Source: a virus
Taxonomy: Duplodnaviria; Caudoviricetes
Virus record (IMG/VR): IMGVR_UViG_3300020042_001812
Span: 1-28,918 of that record
Strand: one strand, 5' to 3'
DNA length: 28,918 nt
The notes below the pieces were generated by a model. It was not told the origin of the DNA. It worked only from the letters and a program-made list of their open reading frames with translations, and did not search any database. Position numbers and translations under genes: made by a program. Position 1 is the first letter of the stretch. Each line of letters begins with the position of its first letter. Shown piece by piece: positions 8,429 through 15,881 of the stretch.

Positions 8429-8792
8429 CCAAGTACTCCTCAATGATTTTGAAACCTTCTTCGGCTGATCGTGCGATAACGCACAGATAGCCTTCGCTGT
8501 TTAATTGCTTTGAAATGCAACCCTGCTCCTTGCTAACAACCCCGACCTTCGTCTTCATCTCCACAAACAACCCGCCAAAGCCCTTGCAGCGCTTCAGGAC
8601 GCACAGATCAGGCATTCCAGCCAGTACACCCTCACCATGCAGCCTAACGCGCTCTGAGGCCGTTCTATCGCCACCATTCGGTATTGCCGCAATCAGCACA
8701 TCGGGATAGAAAGCCCTGACCCGCTGCACCAGCCGCACCTGTTCCTTGTGTTCAATGCTCTGTCGTTTGCGTTTTAGGTCAATTCCCACCAT
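8418..8792 (-). CDS. VRR-NUC domain nuclease (putative junction resolvase)
   Basis: EHKEQ...AIPNGG...GVLAGMPDL...FVEMK...SKEQ PD-(D/E)xK pattern. Start re-called to ATG 8792. Confidence 0.85.
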   Translation of the reverse strand: MVGIDLKRKRQSIEHKEQVRLVQRVRAFYPDVLIAAIPNGGDRTASERVRLHGEGVLAGMPDLCVLKRCKGFGGLFVEMKTKVGVVSKEQGCISKQLNSEGYLCVIARSAEEGFKIIEEYLDEP

Positions 8793-9109
8793 GCTGGTGA
8801 TTCTACGGACTCGGCAGGCTTTGCGGCATCCTGATCCACGAACATGTGGCAGTGGTGCGGCACATCTGGAATGCAGTGCAGGTCTGTCTTTGTACAAAAG
8901 TCTTGGCTGAACGAAACCTTGGCCCATCCGTTCTTGACCAGCACGGCGCTGAACATCCATTGCCCAGGCTTTTCGTTGATGCGTCTGAACTTCTCAAACT
9001 CATCTGCCGTGAAGTTCCAGCGCTGTATCCTCGACTCCAGATTTGCGCACTTTTTGCACAAAACGCGCTCGTCATCTTTCCAATCACCTACCTGTGGATA
9101 ACTTTTCAC
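8774..9109 (-). CDS. Putative zinc-binding protein
   Basis: CKKC...C...HC...HHCHMF. Likely GTG start at 9109, 7 nt after AAGGGG. The longer ORF-track start would run through the repeat region. Confidence 0.6.
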   Translation of the reverse strand: MKSYPQVGDWKDDERVLCKKCANLESRIQRWNFTADEFEKFRRINEKPGQWMFSAVLVKNGWAKVSFSQDFCTKTDLHCIPDVPHHCHMFVDQDAAKPAESVESPAWWELT

Positions 9110-9307
9110 TGTCAAGCCCCTTAGTCGAGGATACCAAGTCGGAGATACCCCCCAAAGGAAAAATCCAAGGTATCTCCGACTTGTCAAGCTCATCAAAAAT
9201 CGCTGATTAGGCTGTGGATACCCTGTGGATAACTCCACAGGGGTATCCCCAAGCGCATCACTTTATCGAGGATACGTATCTTCGAGGTATCTCCGAGGTA
9301 TCTCCGA
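9093..9307. promoter_or_regulatory. Putative replication origin: iterons, inverted repeats and DnaA boxes
   Basis: TGTGGATAA at 9093-9101 and 9224-9232; TGTGGATAC at 9213-9221; GGTATCTCCGA at 9169, 9286 and 9297 plus inverted/variant copies. Directly downstream of the primase-helicase. Confidence 0.7.
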
Positions 9308-9334
9308 CCACCCGACTTGGTTGGGACACTAATT

Positions 9335-11494
9335 TCAGCCCTCATTACCAGCCCCTTGGCCCATTAAATTCCACGAATTGTTCTCCGCATCTGGTGCAAA
9401 TCGGCGCAGCACTGACAAGCCAATGGCCCGTTTAACATCGCCTTTTGATGATCCAGGCACGGCTGCATAAACCTCTGCCCAATCCAATTTATAGGCATCT
9501 GGGTGAGTGCGGCAGTCCTTCGGGGCGTTGGAGCCACGGCGAATCACCACCCCTTCGGGATGTTCATTGATGATGGACTGGACGAAAGCTGCCGCCGTGT
9601 CGCACTTATCCATGATCCTGAGCGACTTGTTGTCCTCGATTCGGGCGGCTGCCTCCTGCTTGCGTCTGGATTCAGATGTCGGGTATGGGATGACTGTGAT
9701 GCACTGGACATCCTGCATGTTGCCGTGACGGGTGAGGACAACCTCGTTGTGAATATGGGTCTGAAAGCTGATCTCTCTATGGATTGGCTCGTATCGGGTC
9801 TTGATTAGCCGCATAAACCTGTTCTTTTCCTCGTCCATGAACAGGATGGCAGTCAGGGTTGCATCACCTGTAAAGGCAGATGCGCCACGGGCCAGAGCGC
9901 TGTCGTCATTCGTTTGTGCGGTCTTGGCCGTGTGGGTGATGATCTTTATCGGGGTATTGAGTTGAGTGTAAATAGTCTGCTTGATGGCGGCCATATAACT
10001 GCCGACTTCAGAGTTATCATTCTCATTGTCTATTTCTAATGTTGCATTAGAAGTATCTATTATCAGGAATGGCCGTTCATTGGTTGTATGGCGTATGACA
10101 TTCTCTGCTAGGAGTAATATTTCCGGCACTTTGGAGCGTTTAGACTCAATCACAATAAACCAATGGGCGACTTCAATTGGGTCAAGATTCCAATACTTTA
10201 TATATGCATAAAGAGATTGTCTGACTTGATTGGCGTCTTCGGTGACATAGAGAATCTTTCTACGGGATTCTGTCTTTAATGGTGAGTCTGATAAGGTAAA
10301 TCCAGCGGCAATGAGGCAGACGGAGATAAGGGCTGTGGTTTTGCCCACACCAGGCTGCCCGGCTGTTACGGAAAAACTGTGGGCTAAGAATCCATCAATG
10401 AGATATTCAACGGGGTAGAGCTTGGTCAGGTCGAGGAAGAGTTCTTTCCAGTAGGGTAGGGGCTGGTCAGGTTGATCAACAGCGGCCTGCGCAGACTGGA
10501 TAAAGGTGGAGAAATCCTCGACTGCCGACTTGCGGTCAGCGGCCTTAGATGGTGGACTGTAGCCGCCAAGTTTTGCGTGATGGAACAGCGTGCCGATGGA
10601 GACGCCCTTACCTTGGTGGAATGATTTCCAGTGCGTGTCGATGTCCTGCTCGGACTTGTACTTCGCGCCTCGGATTGACCAGTTGTCCCACAGTTCGTAG
10701 CCTTGGGCGCCAAAGGCCGTGTGCAGCGCTTGGCCGATCTCAATCCAAGTGTCGTAGTCGCTGTCGGGGTTGATGAAGTACAAGGCCGCTGCAGCCTTGG
10801 AGTAATCATCAGTGGAGCTTGACAGGGTTGGCTGGTACTCTAGCTTTGGCCGTGGCACTTCAATTGGCTGGTTGGAGTTGTCCTGCTCAATGACCCCCCA
10901 CATGGTCAAGAGAGACAGCAGGTTGTCATGGGTTTCGTTGGACAGCTTGCCGGTCAGCTTGGAGCCTGAGAGTAAGACTGACTTGCCTGGTGATGTTGGC
11001 AGGCCAAACACCTCGATCTCTTGGCCGCCGCCTAATTTATATTTTGGCTTGATCTTGTCCAAGTCTTCATCAGCCACGAACAGAAAGACATGCCGGCCCC
11101 GTCCGGAGACGCTTACCTCCGTCAATTGATCCTGCTGCTTAACCCACTCAGCCATGCGCTTGATGGCAATGTTGGTGGCAGATGTGGAGTGCTTCATATC
11201 CACATCGAGGCAGACTAGGTACGCGCCTTGGCTCATGGCTGGGGTCTGCATCACGATGCCCAGATAGTTGCCGGCTGGCGCGGCGTTCATTGATAGCACC
11301 TCTGATGCGCTGTAAAGCTGATCTGGTGGAGTGTCACGCGCCACACCTTGGCCGCTTTTTTTGTATGGGATTTTCTTGCCATCGGCAGTGGTGGCGAATG
11401 TGCAGAACACTGCCTGTGGATGCTGCTCTATCAGCTTGACAGCAATGGCTTGTGAGTTTGAAAACTCGGTGTCGATTTTGGGTAAAATGCTCAT
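9335..11494 (-). CDS. Primase-helicase (AEP primase-polymerase, PriCT-2, AAA_25/RepA-like helicase)
   Basis: LVCLDVD and EVSVSGRGRHVF (AEP); DYDTWIEIGQALH...WDNWS...KY (PriCT-2); GQPGVGKTT Walker A, LIIDT Walker B, THTAK and RGASAFTGD. Confidence 0.9.
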   Translation of the reverse strand: MSILPKIDTEFSNSQAIAVKLIEQHPQAVFCTFATTADGKKIPYKKSGQGVARDTPPDQLYSASEVLSMNAAPAGNYLGIVMQTPAMSQGAYLVCLDVDMKHSTSATNIAIKRMAEWVKQQDQLTEVSVSGRGRHVFLFVADEDLDKIKPKYKLGGGQEIEVFGLPTSPGKSVLLSGSKLTGKLSNETHDNLLSLLTMWGVIEQDNSNQPIEVPRPKLEYQPTLSSSTDDYSKAAAALYFINPDSDYDTWIEIGQALHTAFGAQGYELWDNWSIRGAKYKSEQDIDTHWKSFHQGKGVSIGTLFHHAKLGGYSPPSKAADRKSAVEDFSTFIQSAQAAVDQPDQPLPYWKELFLDLTKLYPVEYLIDGFLAHSFSVTAGQPGVGKTTALISVCLIAAGFTLSDSPLKTESRRKILYVTEDANQVRQSLYAYIKYWNLDPIEVAHWFIVIESKRSKVPEILLLAENVIRHTTNERPFLIIDTSNATLEIDNENDNSEVGSYMAAIKQTIYTQLNTPIKIITHTAKTAQTNDDSALARGASAFTGDATLTAILFMDEEKNRFMRLIKTRYEPIHREISFQTHIHNEVVLTRHGNMQDVQCITVIPYPTSESRRKQEAAARIEDNKSLRIMDKCDTAAAFVQSIINEHPEGVVIRRGSNAPKDCRTHPDAYKLDWAEVYAAVPGSSKGDVKRAIGLSVLRRFAPDAENNSWNLMGQGAGNEG

Positions 11495-11520
11495 GTTGTT
11501 AACTTCGCAGTTGATGACAA
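11491..11520 (-). CDS. Putative 9-aa leader peptide (MSSTAKLTT) coupled to the primase
   Basis: AAGGAG 6 nt before TTG at 11520. TGA overlaps the primase ATG (ATGA). The primase ATG has no RBS of its own. Confidence 0.5.
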   Translation of the reverse strand: MSSTAKLTT

Positions 11521-11584
11521 ATTGTTCTCCTTCTGGAGTGATCCAGTTACCCCTGATGGTTCGCGCCGTCAGGGGTTTTTATTT
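11495..11584 (+). ncRNA. Predicted ~90-nt antisense RNA to the primase leader
   Basis: Plus-strand TAAAAT at 11483-11488 and a plus-strand terminator ending near 11584. Inference only. Confidence 0.35.
11549..11584 (+). terminator. Rho-independent terminator oriented opposite to the flanking genes
   Basis: ACCCCTGATGG-TTCGCG-CCGTCAGGGGT stem (one G-U pair on the plus strand) followed by TTTTATTT. Confidence 0.65.
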
Positions 11585-11596
11585 GGGAGGTTGATT

Positions 11597-12652
11597 CTAG
11601 TCCTTAGCCTTTTCCTTAACTAAGCTGGCAGCAGCATGCTTCTCACCGATCAGGTCATCGCTGATGGTGATGTCCAGCTTGGCAATGGCCGAAGGAGACT
11701 TCAGGTCAAATGCCTGTGGGTAGGATTTCAGAGCCTCGTAGGCCAAGGCATCACTCTTCCAAAACTTGGTTTTTCGCCCTGGGCGCAGTGTCCAGCCTTG
11801 GATGGTTGACCCCTCGGTGATCTGACGCTTGGCTGACTCCAGCACTGACTCAGACCACATGGCTGCAAGCTGGGCCAGTTCAATCATGTCAGGCGTAACG
11901 GCTGGCACGGCAATGGCGTCATCCTTGTCGGCCTGCTTCACGATGTCTGCAAACTCTTTGCGTGCGCTGTCTTGCACCTTCTGGCGCATGGACGGGCAGA
12001 TGGGCTTGGCCTTGCAGTAGCGGCAGGCACTGGTAGATGGGTTGGTCGGCGCATTATCGGTCAGGGCCAGGTTGGCGGCGGCCAGCAGGTCGTGGCCGTG
12101 CTTGATCAGGTCAGCACCGGAGACTGTCCACTTGCTGTGGCCGGCTCGGGGCTGGAATATGTGCATGGTGCATTGGATGGATGCAGGCGCATTCAACATG
12201 CGCATGACGCCGAGTGCGTAGGTCAGCATCTGCTTGTTGTCCTCGGCCTCGACCAGCACCCTGCCGGTTTTGAGATCGACCACATGGAGGTGGTCGCCGT
12301 CCACCAGCACGGCATCAGCAGTGCCGCCAAGGGCTTGGTGCAGGGGCTTGAGGCCGGCATCTACATTGACTTCGATCATGCGCTTACGGGGGTTTTCCAC
12401 CAGCGTGTTGATGAAGGTGGCGTATTCGTTGGCCATGTCAAAGTGATCGTCTGGGTAATCTTTGGGGTTGACTGCCTCGCCCCGTAGAATTTTTTCGGAT
12501 AGCTCATGGATGGCCGTGCCAATCGCGGCAGCCTCGCCGGCTGGCTCATAGGGCATCTTCTCTTCAAGCCGGTATGAGCCTGGACAGCTCATCACCCGAT
12601 CCATGCGGGATGCTGATAGACGGGCGTGTTTACGGATGGTGTGCTGAGTCAT
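11597..12652 (-). CDS. DUF2800 / Cas4-like PD-(D/E)xK exonuclease
   Basis: HARLSAS...CPGS, GTAIHE, GGTADA, VDLKTG, NKQMLTYALG, and a C-terminal CRYC...CP Fe-S staple pattern. Confidence 0.88.
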   Translation of the reverse strand: MTQHTIRKHARLSASRMDRVMSCPGSYRLEEKMPYEPAGEAAAIGTAIHELSEKILRGEAVNPKDYPDDHFDMANEYATFINTLVENPRKRMIEVNVDAGLKPLHQALGGTADAVLVDGDHLHVVDLKTGRVLVEAEDNKQMLTYALGVMRMLNAPASIQCTMHIFQPRAGHSKWTVSGADLIKHGHDLLAAANLALTDNAPTNPSTSACRYCKAKPICPSMRQKVQDSARKEFADIVKQADKDDAIAVPAVTPDMIELAQLAAMWSESVLESAKRQITEGSTIQGWTLRPGRKTKFWKSDALAYEALKSYPQAFDLKSPSAIAKLDITISDDLIGEKHAAASLVKEKAKD

Positions 12653-12852
12653 TGCTGGGCCTTTTTGTTTGTAAAAATTAATGCATTTGAAATGTTTGAA
12701 AGTGTGTATTCGTACACTTTTACATTTGATGCTCCATGATGCCTTGCGTAAGATTTAATGTCTTTTTGTACAGCCGTTTTACTGCTGTACTGTATTGATT
12801 GTTTTTGGCCAGAATAAGCAGAAACAAATTTGACAATGAAAAACTTTTTCAT
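12649..12852 (-). CDS. Hypothetical AT-rich basic protein
   Basis: AAGGA RBS, ATGA overlap with the downstream gene, much more AT-rich than its neighbours. Confidence 0.6.
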   Translation of the reverse strand: MKKFFIVKFVSAYSGQKQSIQYSSKTAVQKDIKSYARHHGASNVKVYEYTLSNISNALIFTNKKAQQ

Positions 12853-12861
12853 GGTTTTCCT

Positions 12862-14085
12862 TTAAATAATCTGATTCACGATGTTTTGCTTCTTCAGCAC
12901 CTTGGCCAGCACATTGTGGTCAAGTGATGCCCTGATCGTCAGCAGGTAGATTACCGGCTTGACCCCTGACTTGTTGATGTTCTCCACCCGACTGCTGGCC
13001 TGCTCCAGCGCGGAGGTTGACCAAGTGCATTCGACAAAGACGATGGTGTCGGCGGCACTCAGGTCAACACCCTCAGACATGGCGGCGATATTCCCGATGA
13101 TGCACTTGGTCTTGCCGCCTTGAAATGCCGCAATGTTGTCAACCCGCTTGGCACTCGGCGTGTCGCCCACCACCACCACGGGCTTGTGCAGCTTCAGTTC
13201 ACTCTCAAGGGCTTGGACTACATCCTTGTGGTGCGCAAATACGACAACAGGCTCACCGGCTTGCAGCAGGTCATCAATGAAGTCGGCGGCATATTGCACC
13301 TTACGCATGCCGGCCTCTTTCATAATCTCGGCCAGCCCCTCAAAGGCCATCAGGGCGTTTGGATTGGCCACCAAGGCATCGGCATCAAAGGATTGCTCAC
13401 GCTTGTCTACGGGCAGGTCAAAGGTCACCAGTGATACCTGTGGCTGCTTGTAGTCAATGAAGATGTCCTCCTTCTTCCTGCGCAGGACATGGGGACGCAT
13501 GAAGGCTTTGAGTTCGGGGATGTTGGACGCACCGGAGACATCCAAGCCCCACGGGGCTGTCCACATCTTGGCGTAGCGTGCAGCAAAGTCAAACCAGCCG
13601 CCCCTGTAGATGCCCAGACCGTGCAGGATGGGCCAAAGCTCGATGGGCCGGTTGGGGATGGGCGTGCCGGACAGTGCATAGACCCGATCAATCCTCTTCA
13701 TCATTAGCATGGCCGCCTTGGTGCGGATGGCCTTGTTGTTTTTGAGCCTGTGGCACTCATCAAACACCACCGTTTTAATTCCCGCAAAATCTGTAACACT
13801 GCTCAGGATGTCGTAGTTCACGATGGTCACGCCAGAGACGATTAGCTCACCAGCCTGCTTCTTTCCGGTGATGACCTTGACGGGGATAGACGGGTCTAGC
13901 TTGTTAAATGCCGCCTCCCAGACTGTCTTGGCAATGGCTGGGCAGACAATGATGGCCGGCAGGTGTTCGAGTGCCGCCGCCGCCGCTGGCAGGGTCTTGC
14001 CCACCCTCGGTTGGTCGGCAAGAATGCAGCGCCGTTTGGCCAATAAAAAGTCTTTGGCCTCTTCTTGATGTGGATACAGTTTCAT
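12862..14085 (-). CDS. SNF2-family (SF2) helicase
   Basis: LYPHQ Q-motif, LADQPRVGKT, FDECH, LSGTP, LRRKK, EGVDL and EQASSR. Start re-called to ATG 14085. Confidence 0.92.
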   Translation of the reverse strand: MKLYPHQEEAKDFLLAKRRCILADQPRVGKTLPAAAAALEHLPAIIVCPAIAKTVWEAAFNKLDPSIPVKVITGKKQAGELIVSGVTIVNYDILSSVTDFAGIKTVVFDECHRLKNNKAIRTKAAMLMMKRIDRVYALSGTPIPNRPIELWPILHGLGIYRGGWFDFAARYAKMWTAPWGLDVSGASNIPELKAFMRPHVLRRKKEDIFIDYKQPQVSLVTFDLPVDKREQSFDADALVANPNALMAFEGLAEIMKEAGMRKVQYAADFIDDLLQAGEPVVVFAHHKDVVQALESELKLHKPVVVVGDTPSAKRVDNIAAFQGGKTKCIIGNIAAMSEGVDLSAADTIVFVECTWSTSALEQASSRVENINKSGVKPVIYLLTIRASLDHNVLAKVLKKQNIVNQII

Positions 14086-14120
14086 CGGTTTCCTCGGTTT
14101 CAACGGTTTATGGAGCCTTG

Positions 14121-14168
14121 ATTGTGACCCAAAGAAAAAACACATGCAAGAATTATTTGTGCTAAAGT
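14121..14168. promoter_or_regulatory. Divergent promoters between the helicase and SSB genes
   Basis: Minus strand TTGCAT-N17-CACAAT (14149-14121). Plus strand extended -10 TGCTAAAGT (14160-14168). Confidence 0.45.
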
Positions 14169-14234
14169 GCAATTGCTTGGCCGTCTTGGTCAGGCTGAAA
14201 ACCTGAAAACGATCAACCAAAAGGAAACGATCAA

Positions 14235-14798
14235 ATGTCTACTAGAGTTACAACCGGCGAGGTACGCACCTCTTATTTCTCAGGCTTGCAGTCTCGTAAA
14301 AATGAGATGAATGGCAAGGATGAGTTCTCCACTCAAATCCTGATTCCCAAGACCGACAAAGAAACCCTGATCGCGCTGAAGGCTGCAGCCAAAGAGGCAC
14401 TTGTCGCCAAGTTTGGTGACAAAGTGCCAAAGAATGTACGCAACCCACTCCGTGATGGCGACACTGAAACAAAGTCGGATGGGTCAGCGTTGGGCAAAGA
14501 GTACGCTGGCCACTTCTTTTGCAATGTCAAAAGCACGACAAAGCCTGGTGCTATTGACGCCCACGGCAATGACCTGATTGGCTCTGACGATATTGTCAGC
14601 GGCGACTATGTGCGGGTATCGTTGAATGCCTATGCTTATTCGCAAGCTGGCAACAATGGCGTCTCGTTTGGCCTGAACAACATCTTGTTGCTCAAGAAGG
14701 GCCAGCCGCTGGGTGGAGCCAAGCCAAGTGCCGCTGATGACTTCGGCATCGGAAAGTCGGCTGCACCTGTTGCCGCCGCTGAGTCCTCAGACTGGTGA
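14235..14798 (+). CDS. Single-stranded DNA-binding protein (DUF2815, T7 gp2.5-like)
   Basis: PLRDGD, SGDYVRVSLNAYAY...GVSFGLNNI...GQPLGG...AADDF, and an acidic/aromatic tail ESSDW. Confidence 0.9.
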   Translation: MSTRVTTGEVRTSYFSGLQSRKNEMNGKDEFSTQILIPKTDKETLIALKAAAKEALVAKFGDKVPKNVRNPLRDGDTETKSDGSALGKEYAGHFFCNVKSTTKPGAIDAHGNDLIGSDDIVSGDYVRVSLNAYAYSQAGNNGVSFGLNNILLLKKGQPLGGAKPSAADDFGIGKSAAPVAAAESSDW

Positions 14799-14981
14799 TT
14801 TTTGCTCAATCAGCTTGAGCAGCGCCTGCTCTAGTTGATTGACAGAACACCACAGAGGTTTGACAGTACCAGACATCCAGCGGCTGACCTGTGGCTGCTG
14901 GATGCCAGCCTCACGACACAGGGCGTTCATCTTGATGCCATGCGCCCTGGCCTTATCTCTAATGTCTTGTACTGATTGCAT
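14787..14981 (-). CDS. Cro/cI-type HTH regulator
   Basis: IKMNALCREAGIQQPQVSRWMSGTVKP XRE-type HTH. Divergent from the early operon. Confidence 0.8.
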   Translation of the reverse strand: MQSVQDIRDKARAHGIKMNALCREAGIQQPQVSRWMSGTVKPLWCSVNQLEQALLKLIEQKSPV

Positions 14982-14987
14982 AGGTCT

Positions 14988-15028
14988 ATTTTAACAAATA
15001 ATTGACTACTTTGTAAATAGTGTACAAT
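14988..15028. promoter_or_regulatory. Overlapping divergent promoters
   Basis: Minus strand TTTACA(15017-15012)...TAAAAT(14993-14988), 6 nt from the HTH ATG. Plus strand TTGACT-N15-TACAAT. Confidence 0.5.
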
Positions 15029-15057
15029 TCCGCATTATCTGTTACACAAGGAACAAC

Positions 15058-15159
15058 ATGAACAAATTAAGCAACCGTGCCGATGCGGCACTGGACTACC
15101 TGCTGGTGCTAATCATCGGCGTTGGATTGGCCTTGGCCTTGGTGACGTGGTGGGTTTAG
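15058..15159 (+). CDS. 33-aa single-pass membrane protein (not in ORF track)
   Basis: AAGGA RBS. MNKLSNRADAALDYLLVLIIGVGLALALVTWWV. Confidence 0.65.
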   Translation: MNKLSNRADAALDYLLVLIIGVGLALALVTWWV

Positions 15160-15335
15160 ACTCAGAGCCGGCGCTTGTAGCGGCCATCGAGTTCATGGAC
15201 GATCTTCTCAGTCCAGAGGTGTATGGCCATGCAATACCCGCTGACGCGCATGCTCGTGCCTTCGTGGTGCGTGCAATGCTTCGCCGTGAGTTAATGCGCA
15301 GGATAAATGATGGCAGGAATCAAACCAATTTATAA
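15147..15335 (+). CDS. Hypothetical protein
   Basis: FMDDLLSPEVYGHAIP motif. Overlaps both neighbours in operon fashion. Confidence 0.6.
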   Translation: MVGLDSEPALVAAIEFMDDLLSPEVYGHAIPADAHARAFVVRAMLRRELMRRINDGRNQTNL

Positions 15336-15684
15336 GGCTGCCATCGTCCGGCTGCTGGGCAATGGCGACCTGAGTGTGGCCGACATAGCCCAGAGAGTGC
15401 CATGCTCTTTAAGAACAGCCTACGACATCGTGAGAGCCTTGCGCAAGACCGGACAGGTCTATGTGTCCGAGTACAAGCCCAACAAGACCAGGCCCATGAT
15501 GATCGTCCAGTTGGGCAGTGGGGTTGATGCGCTGCCGCTGCTGCCGTCATTGGGCCGAGTGGCCAAGCACAGGAAAAAGATGAGTGCTGACGATAAGGAC
15601 TTTTTAAATGCACGCCGCCGTCAGAGGAATCGAAAGATCAAGATCGACCCGCTGACAGCGGCATTTTTTGGGGGGATGAGATGA
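15307..15684 (+). CDS. Winged-helix DNA-binding protein
   Basis: LSVADIAQRVPCSLRTAYDIVRALRKTGQVYV, basic tail ending DPLTAAFFG. AGGA RBS. Confidence 0.7.
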   Translation: MMAGIKPIYKAAIVRLLGNGDLSVADIAQRVPCSLRTAYDIVRALRKTGQVYVSEYKPNKTRPMMIVQLGSGVDALPLLPSLGRVAKHRKKMSADDKDFLNARRRQRNRKIKIDPLTAAFFGGMR

Positions 15685-15881
15685 ACAACAAACAAATAAT
15701 TTTGATGCTTTCAAACCTAAAAGATTTGGCAGATCAAGTTGAATCTGAAACTGGAATCCAGCCCAGTGCGCAAGAGGCACTGGACTGGGCAATTTCATCT
15801 ATTCAGGATAAAACATATCTAAGCCAAACAGTCCAGCACCACCACCACCAGCCGCCGCTGCAATTGCAGCAGCCAAATTAG
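15681..15881 (+). CDS. Hypothetical protein (3' end overlaps the convergent gene)
   Basis: ATGA overlap with the upstream gene. Last 83 bp are antisense to 15799..17385. Confidence 0.45.
   Translation: MNNKQIILMLSNLKDLADQVESETGIQPSAQEALDWAISSIQDKTYLSQTVQHHHHQPPLQLQQPN

Noticed and set aside
7791-9092. 11-bp inverted repeat GGTAGGTGATT (7791-7801, 9082-9092) as an invertible segment
   Set aside because: Matches this short are expected by chance in 29 kb, and the enclosed genes keep the majority orientation.
9110-9238. N-terminal extension of the 154-aa ORF
   Set aside because: It merely translates the DnaA-box and iteron region (LSTG, YPQ); a better RBS precedes GTG 9109.
9125-9307. Repeats read as a possible CRISPR array, with DUF2800 as a cas gene
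   Set aside because: The units are 10-15 bp, in both orientations, with no regular unique spacers. DUF2800 is a routine phage replication nuclease and no other cas genes are present.
9960-10400. AT-richer patch inside the primase-helicase as an intron or intein
   Set aside because: The frame is intact and the patch encodes the expected Walker A/B core; at most it reflects homologous exchange.
14069-14077. DnaA-box-like TGTGGATAC in the helicase 5' end
   Set aside because: Single copy with a mismatch, explained by the conserved LYPHQ codons.
14235-15881. Plus-strand block as a recombinase-inverted segment
   Set aside because: No flanking inverted repeats seen; it is adequately explained as a divergent early/regulatory region.
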